Position numbers and translations under genes: made by a program. From a virus (Duplodnaviria > Caudoviricetes), in IMG/VR virus record IMGVR_UViG_3300021389_000024, positions 1 to 58,930 of that record: a stretch of 58,930 nt of DNA. The stretch is one strand, 5' to 3'. Below the pieces are notes generated by a model. That model did no database searches. It was not told the DNA's origin and was given only the letters and a program-made list of their open reading frames with translations. Numbering within the stretch: the first letter of the stretch is position 1; every line of letters begins with the position of its first letter. Positions 27,387 to 36,723 of the stretch are shown here, piece after piece.

Positions 27387-28454
27387 TTAACCAAAGTCAC
27401 CACGCATTCTGCGCAATGTTTCGGCTGGAAGAGCATCAAACTCTTCACTTGATAACAGCGATAAATCTATTTTCTTTTCTGTTTTGCTCTCACCTTTCAT
27501 TGCAGGTGGTTGAGCATCAGCAGCTTTTAATTTTTTAGTTACATTAGCCACTTGTTGTTTTTCTTGGGCCGTTGTATCTACTTTTTTAGTTGGGTTTTCA
27601 ACTGCCGGATTTAGTAATTCTGGTTTTTGAGCTGCAATTGTGTATTGAGTAGCTTTTCCTAATGCATCTGCAGGTGAATAACCTTGAGACATAAAAGCAT
27701 CTCGCAATTCAACTACCTCTGCTTGCAAATTAGCATCAAAAGAAGGGTCATTTTCACTTAACATAGGGTAAGTAGCCTCAATTTCAGCTGCTTTTGCTTG
27801 TAATTCAGTCATTTCTTGACTTTGTTGCACTGTTTGACCCATTTTTGCTTGTACTTCAAACATAAATTGGTCTTTTTCAGCTTGTCTTATCTGATTTCTT
27901 AACTCTACGGCCTTTTCAGTCTCTCCATTAAGCACTAAATCCTGATATTCAACTTCTTTTGCATCAAAATCATACTCTGGAGCGTTTTCTGCGGCAGCTT
28001 TTTCAGCTGCAGTAGCTTCTTCTAGCTTTTTTTGCATAGCTTTGTTTTTTGCTAACACTTCATCAAGCCTAGACTTAGGCACCATAGGCGCTTTTACTTT
28101 TTCTTGCTCGTCAAGGCTTTGCTCGCTTCCTTCAACTGCTGGAATATCTGGTTGTGGAGTTGACTCGCTGTCTTCAACCACTCCTTCTTCGCTAATATCT
28201 TCTGGTTCAACTGCTTCTTCTTCTTTAGCTTCTGGTTCTGGTTCTTCCGCAACAGCCTCTTCTTCTGGAGCGGCGTCAACTTCCTGTTCGACTTCTTCAT
28301 TTTCTGCTTCCTCCTCTGGAGCATCTTCTTCAAAATTCAAATCTACTTCAAATGGTTTTGCGTCTTCTTCCGAAACTGCATCTGCCCCCGGCATTACATC
28401 CATAACTAGATCGTCTTTTGCTTCCGTATTATCTTGTTTTTTACTTTTAGCCAT
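27387..28454 (-). CDS. Capsid scaffolding protein
   Basis: Acidic disordered N-terminus, MVPKSRLDEV, coiled coil, C-terminal LSSEEFDALPAETLRRMRGD; between portal and MCP. Confidence 0.8.
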   Translation of the reverse strand: MAKSKKQDNTEAKDDLVMDVMPGADAVSEEDAKPFEVDLNFEEDAPEEEAENEEVEQEVDAAPEEEAVAEEPEPEAKEEEAVEPEDISEEGVVEDSESTPQPDIPAVEGSEQSLDEQEKVKAPMVPKSRLDEVLAKNKAMQKKLEEATAAEKAAAENAPEYDFDAKEVEYQDLVLNGETEKAVELRNQIRQAEKDQFMFEVQAKMGQTVQQSQEMTELQAKAAEIEATYPMLSENDPSFDANLQAEVVELRDAFMSQGYSPADALGKATQYTIAAQKPELLNPAVENPTKKVDTTAQEKQQVANVTKKLKAADAQPPAMKGESKTEKKIDLSLLSSEEFDALPAETLRRMRGDFG

Positions 28455-28455
28455 T

Positions 28456-30567
28456 TTATTTACCTCCTGTAGGTTTCATGGCGGCGGTTGCAATTTTTGC
28501 AGCCGCTGCTGTTTGTGTTTGCTCGCTTCTTATCTGATTAGTCATCCCTGACAACCTTTCACGTAAGTCGAGTTCTTCCTTCTTCATTTGAAGTTTGCTT
28601 TGTAAATCCGCAACTCTAATTTGTGGATCACTTGAAGTGGATTGAGTTTTAGCCATATTTAGCTGTGCCTCAGAATTTAATCTTTGTACTTCTGCTTCTA
28701 ACTTAGCAATTTCAAGTTGTGTTGCTCTAATTGCAGCTTCTTGCTGGAATTGTTGTATCTGCATTTCAGCTTCAGTTGGAGGGTTCATACCCTCTGCTAT
28801 TCTAATTCTTTCTGCAATTTCACCTTTACGTGCTAAGTGTGAGTATTCAACAATTAAGTCATTTGGAATTGGCACTCCAACTTTTCTAAGTTCTATAGAC
28901 TCAGCAAATTGTGTTTCTTCAAAAGTATCTCTTGAAGGAGCATCTCCTATAACTACATCATATTCACCTAGAGTCAAATTATTAATAATCTGACCTTCTG
29001 GTGTTACTTGATTTACAACCATAGGTTGTTTTGGTTTCATTGGATTATTTTCATCAGTAATTTGTATAACCCTTTCTTCTGTGTAATAAGATTGTACTAA
29101 GTTTAAAATTCTTTCTGCTAAATACTGACGAGTCTTTCGTAAGTTATCTAATGGCACCTGTATCATTAACGCGCCACGAGTTTGTTTTTGTTGAATAGCA
29201 ATTCCAGATACTTCCGCCCCATCTGTACCTAACATTGCATCACTTATGCCGCTTATTTGTTTTATGTTAGCGGAAGCTTTTTGTGCAATTCTATCTAGAC
29301 CGGTGGGAATCTGGTTTGGCGGTATTTTACCAGGGGGAGTACTACCGCGATTAAACTCGAGTACTAAACCAGTTTCCGCACCGTGTTCTTCTAAATCATC
29401 TGCATTCATTCCAGTTAAAGAACCTGACTCTACAATCCAACCACTATTAGCAGTTGTATTAACTATATGTAGTTCTTGAGATGAAATTTTGTTTAGTTGT
29501 TCTTGGGGTGAAATTAAATTTCTAACCATTCCAAAAGGTTTACCCCTTCTAAAATACGGAAAGTAAGGTACTAAAGTAAAATGGTCATAGGGAGACCAAT
29601 CATCGTGCAATACAACAGTGTCAGCAGTTACTGTCCAACGGACTTTTTTAACCATTTTTTCTGTTATATATAAACCGTAGTCATCTGCAAATTTTTTCTT
29701 TTTGCGTTCCCCCCAATTATAAGGTACGGGCCTTTTATCGCCTGTTACTGGGTCAACATAAAACATACATTTCTTTAATTTATAATGTTGTCTTTCTATA
29801 ACTCTAATTGACCGTAAAGCTCTAGCTTCGTCTGGATTATTTGGATAATGATTTGTAGAGCCTTCATAGTCCCCTTTTGTATCCCCGTAAGTTTCATCTT
29901 CAAACTCCATAGAATCTGCACCAAGTGTAGAACCTACTTCAGCAATCATACGCAACTTATCTGCTTTGTCTTGCCCATAAGTCTCTTCTATTTCTTCTAG
30001 GCTCATCCACTTGCTTTCAAAAATTTCATTCCAAGTTTTTGGATCATATTCTTTAGCATCTGGGTCAATTAAAATATCTAGGGGATCTTTTTGTGTAATT
30101 CTAACTTCACCTTTTACATGATCAGAAAAATCTATACGGACATCAAACCAACCCCGGTCTTGAATTAAGCCGTCAGCAAAAACCTGGCCCTCTACCCATT
30201 CTAATTTATTATTATCAGAAATTTGCATGTACAGTTTTGTTAAGGTATCGGAAATTTCCTGGACACCAGAACCACGAGGTTTAAATTGTACATCTGCTCT
30301 TCGCGTACTTTGTTCGCCAAGAACTGTGTTAACTGTAGGTAAAATTGTGTTGATTGTTAATGCTGGTCGACCCTGATCGTCAAGCGCTGCTATGTCAGCT
30401 TCGTCCCATTGTTCCCCTCTATAAAAGGCATCGCATTTTTTTGCTGTATCAATATATTCTTCATGGCCGCTGTCGCGTGCTCGTGTGTAACACTCCCATT
30501 GACGTTTTGCAAGGGTTAAGGATTCAGCTTCACTTAGCTTCTTTTTTTTATTTTTGTACTCTGCCAT
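28456..30567 (-). CDS. Portal protein (P22-like)
   Basis: 703 aa; FYRGEQW, GRPALTINTI, DPLDILIDPDA, GMVRNLISPQEQLNK, SGIAI, C-terminal coiled coil. Confidence 0.9.
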   Translation of the reverse strand: MAEYKNKKKKLSEAESLTLAKRQWECYTRARDSGHEEYIDTAKKCDAFYRGEQWDEADIAALDDQGRPALTINTILPTVNTVLGEQSTRRADVQFKPRGSGVQEISDTLTKLYMQISDNNKLEWVEGQVFADGLIQDRGWFDVRIDFSDHVKGEVRITQKDPLDILIDPDAKEYDPKTWNEIFESKWMSLEEIEETYGQDKADKLRMIAEVGSTLGADSMEFEDETYGDTKGDYEGSTNHYPNNPDEARALRSIRVIERQHYKLKKCMFYVDPVTGDKRPVPYNWGERKKKKFADDYGLYITEKMVKKVRWTVTADTVVLHDDWSPYDHFTLVPYFPYFRRGKPFGMVRNLISPQEQLNKISSQELHIVNTTANSGWIVESGSLTGMNADDLEEHGAETGLVLEFNRGSTPPGKIPPNQIPTGLDRIAQKASANIKQISGISDAMLGTDGAEVSGIAIQQKQTRGALMIQVPLDNLRKTRQYLAERILNLVQSYYTEERVIQITDENNPMKPKQPMVVNQVTPEGQIINNLTLGEYDVVIGDAPSRDTFEETQFAESIELRKVGVPIPNDLIVEYSHLARKGEIAERIRIAEGMNPPTEAEMQIQQFQQEAAIRATQLEIAKLEAEVQRLNSEAQLNMAKTQSTSSDPQIRVADLQSKLQMKKEELDLRERLSGMTNQIRSEQTQTAAAAKIATAAMKPTGGK

Positions 30568-32213
30568 TAAGCGCTCATTGATGATTTACGTTTTCCATCT
30601 TTTACTAAATGTTTTAATCCATCTCTCCACGACGGAACATGCTCAGGTCTTTCAAAAAATGTAGCAAATTCTGTCATCATTAAACCGATCCACGCCAAGG
30701 CATCCACCTGGTCGTCATGTGTACCATTTGGAAAACGTAATAGCTCTGCAACCATTGGTCCAGTCCAAACAGCATCTTGTGGAAAGTATACCATACCTTG
30801 TTGCATTCTACCCTGGATTGCTCGTGCACGTAACTCCTTATCTCGCCTACCAACTTTTAAGTCTTTAAAGTAAGCTTCAGATAGGCCCCGCTCTCTTGTT
30901 CTTTTTTCTAGAAACGGCCCCAGGGCCATCTCAATATGACCTCTTTCTATTCCCACTATACCCGGACGCCATAGTTCGTACAAGTCTAAAATTTGTTCTA
31001 CTAATTCAAAGCCATCGTACTTACCGCGAACGACGTCAACAACAAATAAATTATCGTATTCATCGACACCGACAACAATACCAACTGAGTAATCGTTCCG
31101 GTCACGCTGTCCGATCGCAAGATCCCACGCGCAGTAGTAACGAAGTTTTGAAGTATCGATTTCATCGAAGTCATAATATGCGATCATGTCGCGGTTAAAG
31201 TAATCGCCTTCGTCAGATACTGGATTCTGTTGGTATAGAGCAGACCAATCGCGCGGGCCGATGGCTTTCCTTATCTGCTCGAGAGCGTCCACATTATATC
31301 TCTCTGGGTGTAAACTTTCACCTGTTTTCCTAAAATTTTCGTCTTCTTCTGCAATGGCTGGGTAGCGAATGACTTCCCATTCATCTGCGCCTTCTTCTGC
31401 TTGGGTCAACAAGCGACCGGCCAGGTCGTCGTCGTGCCAACGCGTAAGAATTACAAGTATGCCTCCACCTGGGGATAACCTTGTATAAGCTGTGGATGTA
31501 TACCAATCCCAGGTCGCATCTCTGTTATTATCAGATTCTGCATCTTCTCTGTTTTTTACTGGATCATCTATCACCATTACGTGCGCACCTTTACCAGTAA
31601 TACCACCACCAACACCCGCTGCTACATAACCGCCGCCTTGAGTCGTTTGCCATGATTCTACTGACTGAGAATCTTTATCTAGTCTAGATTTTTCAAACAC
31701 ATTTTTGTATACTGGTTCTCTAAGCAGTTGACGTACTTTTCGTGAAAAGTTCATAGCCAAAGAGCCTGAATAAGAACAACTTATAAACTCATGCTCGGGA
31801 TGCCGGCCCAAGTGCCAGGCAGGGAAAGCAATACTAGCTAACGTAGATTTACCATGTCGAGGTGGCATAAAGAGCATCAGTCTTGGTGATTCTTTATTCG
31901 CAACCTGTTCGCTAAATTTCTCTAGTCGTTGACAAATATCTTTGTGTACCCAACCTGCTTGATAGTCTGTATTAAATCGTTCAACAAATGGGAGTAATCT
32001 TTTACGTGCTAAGACTCTTTTCGCTAATTCTTGTTCTGCTTTTGCTTGAGCAGAAAGTTCTGCTTTTTTTGACTTCTGATCAGTCAGTTTTTGGGGCTCG
32101 GGTATTGCTTCAACTTCGTCAGCTCGACAGTATACGCAAATTTCGTCAATAAGAACTAAGTTCTCCGGATAGAGCCCGCGACATCTTTTACATTCAGTCT
32201 TCGTTACTTCCAT
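30567..32213 (-). CDS. terL: Terminase large subunit
   Basis: Walker A MPPRHGKS, Walker B VIDDP, TRWHDDDL, LYQQNP, nuclease AWDLA and HDDQVDA; probable start ATG at 32213. Confidence 0.95.
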   Translation of the reverse strand: MEVTKTECKRCRGLYPENLVLIDEICVYCRADEVEAIPEPQKLTDQKSKKAELSAQAKAEQELAKRVLARKRLLPFVERFNTDYQAGWVHKDICQRLEKFSEQVANKESPRLMLFMPPRHGKSTLASIAFPAWHLGRHPEHEFISCSYSGSLAMNFSRKVRQLLREPVYKNVFEKSRLDKDSQSVESWQTTQGGGYVAAGVGGGITGKGAHVMVIDDPVKNREDAESDNNRDATWDWYTSTAYTRLSPGGGILVILTRWHDDDLAGRLLTQAEEGADEWEVIRYPAIAEEDENFRKTGESLHPERYNVDALEQIRKAIGPRDWSALYQQNPVSDEGDYFNRDMIAYYDFDEIDTSKLRYYCAWDLAIGQRDRNDYSVGIVVGVDEYDNLFVVDVVRGKYDGFELVEQILDLYELWRPGIVGIERGHIEMALGPFLEKRTRERGLSEAYFKDLKVGRRDKELRARAIQGRMQQGMVYFPQDAVWTGPMVAELLRFPNGTHDDQVDALAWIGLMMTEFATFFERPEHVPSWRDGLKHLVKDGKRKSSMSA

Positions 32214-32715
32214 CTGGCTCCAAGTAGTTCGTATCGTTACCGGCAAGTTTCAAAAGTTGCGCATCAGTTAATTTTTCTAACTGTTCTACTTTCTCTACAT
32301 TTATATTAATCATGGTTGCTTGTTCAGGAATGTGTAGACCGTGGAGCTTGCACAACGAATCAACAACGTTCTTTTCTTCCGTCGAGTTGGCTGCTTTTGA
32401 ATGAGCTTCTAAGTACATGCCAGTTGCTGTGTTCTTATCGAACTTTACCTCTTCGCGCATTTCATTACGTAGATAGGTTAGAGCTTTTTGCATTTTAGGA
32501 GTTTTGAATATTTGGTAAACACGGTCCATGTCCTTGTACCCCGCAGCACGTCCGGCGGCTGCTTTGCTCATTCCCCTTAGATGAAACAAAACCAGCCGCT
32601 CTTCCTGAACCGAAAGCTCGTTAAGTTGTAAACCGGCATAAGGCAGGTGAGATTGTAACTCAGTTCTATCTTGTTCGGTCATATCTGTGGGTCTATCTTC
32701 GTCTAGTAATCGCAT
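32194..32715 (-). CDS. terS: Terminase small subunit
   Basis: GMSKAAAGRAAGY HTH-like segment, LCKLHGL, LTDAQLLKLA; immediately upstream of terL. Confidence 0.75.
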   Translation of the reverse strand: MRLLDEDRPTDMTEQDRTELQSHLPYAGLQLNELSVQEERLVLFHLRGMSKAAAGRAAGYKDMDRVYQIFKTPKMQKALTYLRNEMREEVKFDKNTATGMYLEAHSKAANSTEEKNVVDSLCKLHGLHIPEQATMININVEKVEQLEKLTDAQLLKLAGNDTNYLEPDGSNED

Positions 32716-32729
32716 GCTGAAAGATTATA

Positions 32730-33185
32730 TTAAAAATTTTCCTTGTGTGTAACTATATTTTTACACCACCAATATAATTCATCTTCTGTCATTGTATGCT
32801 TAATTAAGTTAACACGCCAACAAACGAGTTGAATGTTAGTTATCATGTATTCGATGTTGGGGTCAATTCTGTCAATTGAAACATTAGTATTGCGTTTTTC
32901 TCCACCCTTGTGCCACGTCATGATGATCCCGGACAACGCACAACGTCCGTCTTGTTTGTCCCATAAATCATTAAGTTGTTCTGGAGTTATTTCAAATAAC
33001 ATGCCCTCTTCCTTTTCTCTTGAGTACTTAAGTTGGTTCCATAAATTTTTTAAATATTTATATGGGCTTGAACTTTTGGCAATATTAGTAAGTGACAAAG
33101 CACAAGCTCTACACACCCTTCGATGATTCTCAAAGTCTTTTTTAGGTAGACTTTTTTCACACCTATCACATATTTTATCTGCCAT
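32730..33185 (-). CDS. HNH-like/His-Me endonuclease with N-terminal Zn finger
   Basis: CxxC...CxxC; QDGRCALSG, SIDRID, NIQLVCWRVN. Confidence 0.7.
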   Translation of the reverse strand: MADKICDRCEKSLPKKDFENHRRVCRACALSLTNIAKSSSPYKYLKNLWNQLKYSREKEEGMLFEITPEQLNDLWDKQDGRCALSGIIMTWHKGGEKRNTNVSIDRIDPNIEYMITNIQLVCWRVNLIKHTMTEDELYWWCKNIVTHKENF

Positions 33186-33357
33186 AATTTTTCTGTGAAA
33201 ATTTTTTAGTAAAAAAACTATACCATATCACGTTCTCCTCTTCTCCTCGTTGTGCATTCAAAGAGGTTATCCCCCGATCCCGATTTCTACATCCAGCGTT
33301 TAACTTTTAGAGCTTTGGAACCTTGTCCCAGAAAATTCAGCTCCTCGAGGCTCGGAC

Positions 33358-33379
33358 CTGATCTCTATCTCTTTATGAT
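33358..33379 (+). promoter_or_regulatory. 22-bp conserved element, copy 1 (putative early promoter)
   Basis: CTGATCTCTATCTCTTTATGAT, identical to 34878-34899, ending in a TATGAT -10-like hexamer upstream of the first early gene. Confidence 0.5.
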
Positions 33380-33437
33380 TTATATAGATTAGAAACTTAA
33401 TTCTTCTCTATCTTTAGCTCATCGAGCGGGAGACATT

Positions 33438-33812
33438 ATGTCTGAATCAAAACAAGGTCGACGCCCTGACCTAAAACTGGGCCTTAAGCAACATACTCTT
33501 AACGGCTGGCAACCAGCTCCTGAGTATCTTAGCGTTAGCATCTACTTCAACGATGATGACCCAGCGTTCTTCGCTAAACTATCATCATTGGTAGAGACTG
33601 GCGGTATATCGCTAAGCGGGGACATCCATCCTCAAGTGAAACTCGTTGAATATTCTCAAGAGTATACAAACTGCTTTAACGGCAAAACTCAAAAGAATGA
33701 CGCAACGCGTAGAGCCTTTGCACCCAACGAATTAGTTGGCTATGTCAAAGTTCCTGAGAAAAAGGAATCTTCAGCACCTGCTGACGAGCAGAAAGAGTTG
33801 AGCTTCAAATGA
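33438..33812 (+). CDS. Hypothetical early protein
   Basis: GGGAG RBS; first gene of the plus-strand arm. Confidence 0.65.
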   Translation: MSESKQGRRPDLKLGLKQHTLNGWQPAPEYLSVSIYFNDDDPAFFAKLSSLVETGGISLSGDIHPQVKLVEYSQEYTNCFNGKTQKNDATRRAFAPNELVGYVKVPEKKESSAPADEQKELSFK

Positions 33813-34024
33813 GCCAGCTAGATAAACCTACATTCCTCAGAATCGTTCGCGATCTGGGGAGTTTAACTGCTAAAACAGCTAGCCTTACTATCATCGGTAC
33901 TGGCAAACTGCTTGGCGGTGCTCATACAGCTGTTGATAAATTAACTGCTTTAACCAAAGAAGGTTATAGATCACAGCGTTCGTTACCTGCAGAGTCTAGA
34001 TCGCAAGATATTGACAATGCTTGA
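33809..34024 (+). CDS. Hypothetical early protein
   Basis: ATGA overlap with the previous gene. Confidence 0.55.
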   Translation: MSQLDKPTFLRIVRDLGSLTAKTASLTIIGTGKLLGGAHTAVDKLTALTKEGYRSQRSLPAESRSQDIDNA

Positions 34025-34238
34025 ATATAAACCTTGGGGGGCTTCGGTCCCCCACGCTATTGGGGATACTACTATCACCTATATGTATGATGTATATTCA
34101 TATAGCTACTACTGCGGAAGACAGCGAGTTGTCGCTAGCTACCGAACCTTAGAACTAGCCTTAGATAAAATCAATAGGCTTAAGCAACAGGGGAGACATC
34201 CCCATTACAAACGGAGAATATTATGCTCTACACCTTAG
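34011..34238 (+). CDS. Hypothetical protein (start uncertain, possibly 34083)
   Basis: ORF in the early cluster; its 5' part overlaps a GGGGGC-TTCG-GTCCCC hairpin. Confidence 0.4.
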   Translation: MTMLEYKPWGASVPHAIGDTTITYMYDVYSYSYYCGRQRVVASYRTLELALDKINRLKQQGRHPHYKRRILCSTP

Positions 34239-34327
34239 CATGTATCGCCTTATCCATGATGATCATTTCATGGACAGTTTCAGTTATCGCCCTGATAGCT
34301 GGCGTCTATTTTTTCACCAAAGCTTAA
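34223..34327 (+). CDS. Small membrane peptide (34 aa; not in ORF track)
   Basis: GGAG RBS; MLYTLACIALSMMIISWTVSVIALIAGVYFFTKA. Confidence 0.55.
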   Translation: MLYTLACIALSMMIISWTVSVIALIAGVYFFTKA

Positions 34328-34381
34328 TCAAGCATTCACATCGTATGGGGGGAATCCCCCCATACCCCCCTTAAAGCAAAT

Positions 34382-34407
34382 GTCGACGCAAGGCGTCGGC
34401 TTTTTTT
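34382..34407 (+). terminator. Rho-independent terminator
   Basis: GTCGACGC-AAG-GCGTCGGC followed by T7. Confidence 0.75.
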
Positions 34408-34419
34408 ATTGAATGCTTC

Positions 34420-34790
34420 GTTCAACGTGTGCCCTACTACTATCATCACGTAGTGATGTGGACGGTGCTTGCACCACGGTGAGAAAATGTTCCACATGTT
34501 CCACGCAAAAATCACCTTGTGGAACAAGTATGTGGAACACAACTTTAGTTGCAACCACGGGTGTTCAACGTGTGCTAGCACCGAAATGTTCCAATGTTCC
34601 ATCAAAAACAGAACTTGCGTAAGACTGACCGTCGACCGTTGTTATTTGTTCTTTAATTTTGTTAACCAAAAAGTACTGGAACACATGGAACATTTCCCAT
34701 TTATCCAGTAACCAAGCACCTTTCGCGTGTTCCACGAGGCCCATTTTACGTGGAACATTGTGGAACACGTGGAACATTTGTTTCAAAACA
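34420..34790. repeat. Array of TGTTCCA/TGGAACA heptamers (putative replication origin)
   Basis: 12 copies in three converging inverted groups within a region lacking credible ORFs. Confidence 0.7.
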
Positions 34791-34877
34791 GAAACCACTG
34801 GGCTTCGGTCTGGCTTCTTGGTTCTTTTAGCTCTGTTAAATAACCAGCTTTCTCTTAAACCCAAGCTTGGGTGGTTT

Positions 34878-34899
34878 CTGATCTCTATCTCTTTATGAT
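34878..34899 (+). promoter_or_regulatory. 22-bp conserved element, copy 2 (putative early promoter)
   Basis: Identical to 33358-33379; upstream of the RBS of the gene at 34925. Confidence 0.5.
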
Positions 34900-34924
34900 C
34901 TTAATTTTTTATCCAGGAGAATAT

Positions 34925-35206
34925 ATGACTAATTATTACAACAAACTTAGCTTACACGACAAAATGGCTGTTTTTCGTAGTCCAATGGAACAAAGCGAAC
35001 ACTGTCCAATATGCGACAAACATGTTCCTGATGTTCGATACAAAGGCACAGTGCATGAGTTAAAGCAAGTAAATGACGATGCATGGATTTTGGCTGATGG
35101 CTCAATCGCATGTGAAGATGGCCACGGCGGATTGATGGTCGAGTTATGCGTAGACTGTATTCAAGCCGGCAAACAACTTATCGAAAGATCAATAACCAAG
35201 ATTTAG
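34925..35206 (+). CDS. Hypothetical Zn-finger protein
   Basis: AGGAG RBS before ATG 34925; CPIC and CVDC motifs. Confidence 0.6.
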   Translation: MTNYYNKLSLHDKMAVFRSPMEQSEHCPICDKHVPDVRYKGTVHELKQVNDDAWILADGSIACEDGHGGLMVELCVDCIQAGKQLIERSITKI

Positions 35207-35215
35207 GAGTTTGTC

Positions 35216-35431
35216 ATGAATAAACAAACAGTTGCAAAAGATATTGTTTTTGATGTACGAACAAAAGCTTATGAGTTGTTACAAAAACAAGAGAATCTTT
35301 TATGGGATTCTATGTATCTTAGCTCAAATGAAATAAAACAAGCTAAAGCATTAGTGCATAAATTAAGAACAGCACTTCAAGCTTATGACCATAAAACTCT
35401 AAAAGCTCTAACTAACTATTGGGCTTTTTAA
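35216..35431 (+). CDS. Hypothetical protein
   Basis: TAGGAG RBS; 71 aa. Confidence 0.6.
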   Translation: MNKQTVAKDIVFDVRTKAYELLQKQENLLWDSMYLSSNEIKQAKALVHKLRTALQAYDHKTLKALTNYWAF

Positions 35432-35567
35432 CTCTTTTGATTTAAGGCTTTATTAAGTATTTGTTACTACCTAGTTTCAAATTAGCTTTAAATCATTTAA
35501 CCGCATAAGCTCCACTACTTGGGGCTTGTGCATTTTACTAACCATTCTAATAAATATAGGAGTTTAT

Positions 35568-35741
35568 ATGAATGAAATAACCATTGATGAATCTATTCGT
35601 CAACAAGCTAATAACTACAGCTTTATACCTGAGACTATCTCAAGTTTAAAACTACTAGTTATTAATCGTAATCCTACTAGTAAATCAAACCTAGTAGATA
35701 ATATTAATTACTCTCACGCCACAGGAGGTAAACATGAGTAA
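35568..35741 (+). CDS. Hypothetical protein
   Basis: TAGGAG RBS before ATG 35568. Confidence 0.5.
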   Translation: MNEITIDESIRQQANNYSFIPETISSLKLLVINRNPTSKSNLVDNINYSHATGGKHE

Positions 35742-36495
35742 AAGAACTAATCAAACTTTCGTCGATCCAGACGATATCGGTGAGGCTTCACCAATGGAGT
35801 ACAAAACGGAGTCTACTTTAGACGACGCTTCTCCTGATACCAATGGTGATCCAGTAGGTTCTGAAGAAAGAGCCAAACAGGATCCAGTTAAAATGCCTTT
35901 ATGGTATTTTGACAAGTATGATCTTGATGGCAATGGTAAGCCTATCCCAAGCGTTGCACATGTAAATGCTATTATGGATATGCTTCCTCAAAAGATTGAT
36001 ACCGAACCATTCTTTGGTAATGATAAAACAGCAAGTGCAAAGCTTGCTAAGCAATATGACGCTGATGTCAAAGCATTAGTTGATGCGTATCGACCATTGC
36101 TTGCGTATGAGGCTGGTGACACTGGCTTCAACTTCATGATGTTTGCAAATGCTACTTGGGGTAAGTATCTTACTGCTCTTGTAGAATTTGGTAACGATGT
36201 ATCTAGATTCAGTGATCAGGAAATGCCTGACTGGTTAGTTACGCGTGAAGACAATGCATTTGGCATGGGTCGTAAAGCTAGGCTAGTCAGAGATGTCCTT
36301 GCGATTCTTTCTGATGAATTCAAGCTTAAAAATGCTGTCATTACACCAGCCAATGTTAGATCTGCAGTGCAACGCCATTTGCAAGGTTTAGCTACTTGGA
36401 CTTTCAACAAGCATGCTGATTCTAGCGCTAGAGTATCTGGCAAGCTAAATGAGGCTAATGCAGAGTATGTCCAAGGTACATTGGCTTCTATGTAA
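35734..36495 (+). CDS. Hypothetical early protein
   Basis: AGGAGG RBS; 253 aa. Confidence 0.7.
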   Translation: MSKRTNQTFVDPDDIGEASPMEYKTESTLDDASPDTNGDPVGSEERAKQDPVKMPLWYFDKYDLDGNGKPIPSVAHVNAIMDMLPQKIDTEPFFGNDKTASAKLAKQYDADVKALVDAYRPLLAYEAGDTGFNFMMFANATWGKYLTALVEFGNDVSRFSDQEMPDWLVTREDNAFGMGRKARLVRDVLAILSDEFKLKNAVITPANVRSAVQRHLQGLATWTFNKHADSSARVSGKLNEANAEYVQGTLASM

Positions 36496-36499
36496 TAAT

Positions 36500-36723
36500 A
36501 TAGTGGTGGTTGAACGAATCAGAAAGTTCTGCACCACTATTAATGGGATATAAAGGGCTAGGCCAGAACCGATGACCCCTTTATGTCGCCCGTTGTCCGT
36601 GAACCGTTAACCACGTGAAGGTTGCTGACCTAACAGCCATGTAGGGATGAAAAGCCCTACACTTTCTACCCTAGTTAACAACGCTCCCCTGTGCTAGGCA
36701 AGAAATAAAAATAACAGGGGAGC
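36500..36723 (+). ncRNA. Structured intergenic RNA candidate (hairpin cluster)
   Basis: Four long stems; two loops share GCTAGGCMAGAA. Confidence 0.45.

Noticed and set aside
405-31198. Many plus-strand ORFs opposite the structural genes
   Set aside because: Antisense shadows of long minus-strand genes, with no RBS or recognisable motifs.
34420-34790. CRISPR-like array
   Set aside because: Repeats are only 7-8 bp, in both orientations and irregularly spaced; the only cas-like gene is a stand-alone Cas4-like nuclease common in phage replication modules.
34336-34898. Overlapping ORFs on both strands across the repeat region
   Set aside because: Translations (MFHMFH, WNTWNI) just reflect the heptamer repeats; no RBS support.
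36571-36661. Hammerhead ribozyme or CsrB-like sponge RNA
   Set aside because: No CTGANGA...GAAA core, and too few loop-exposed GGA motifs for a Csr sponge.
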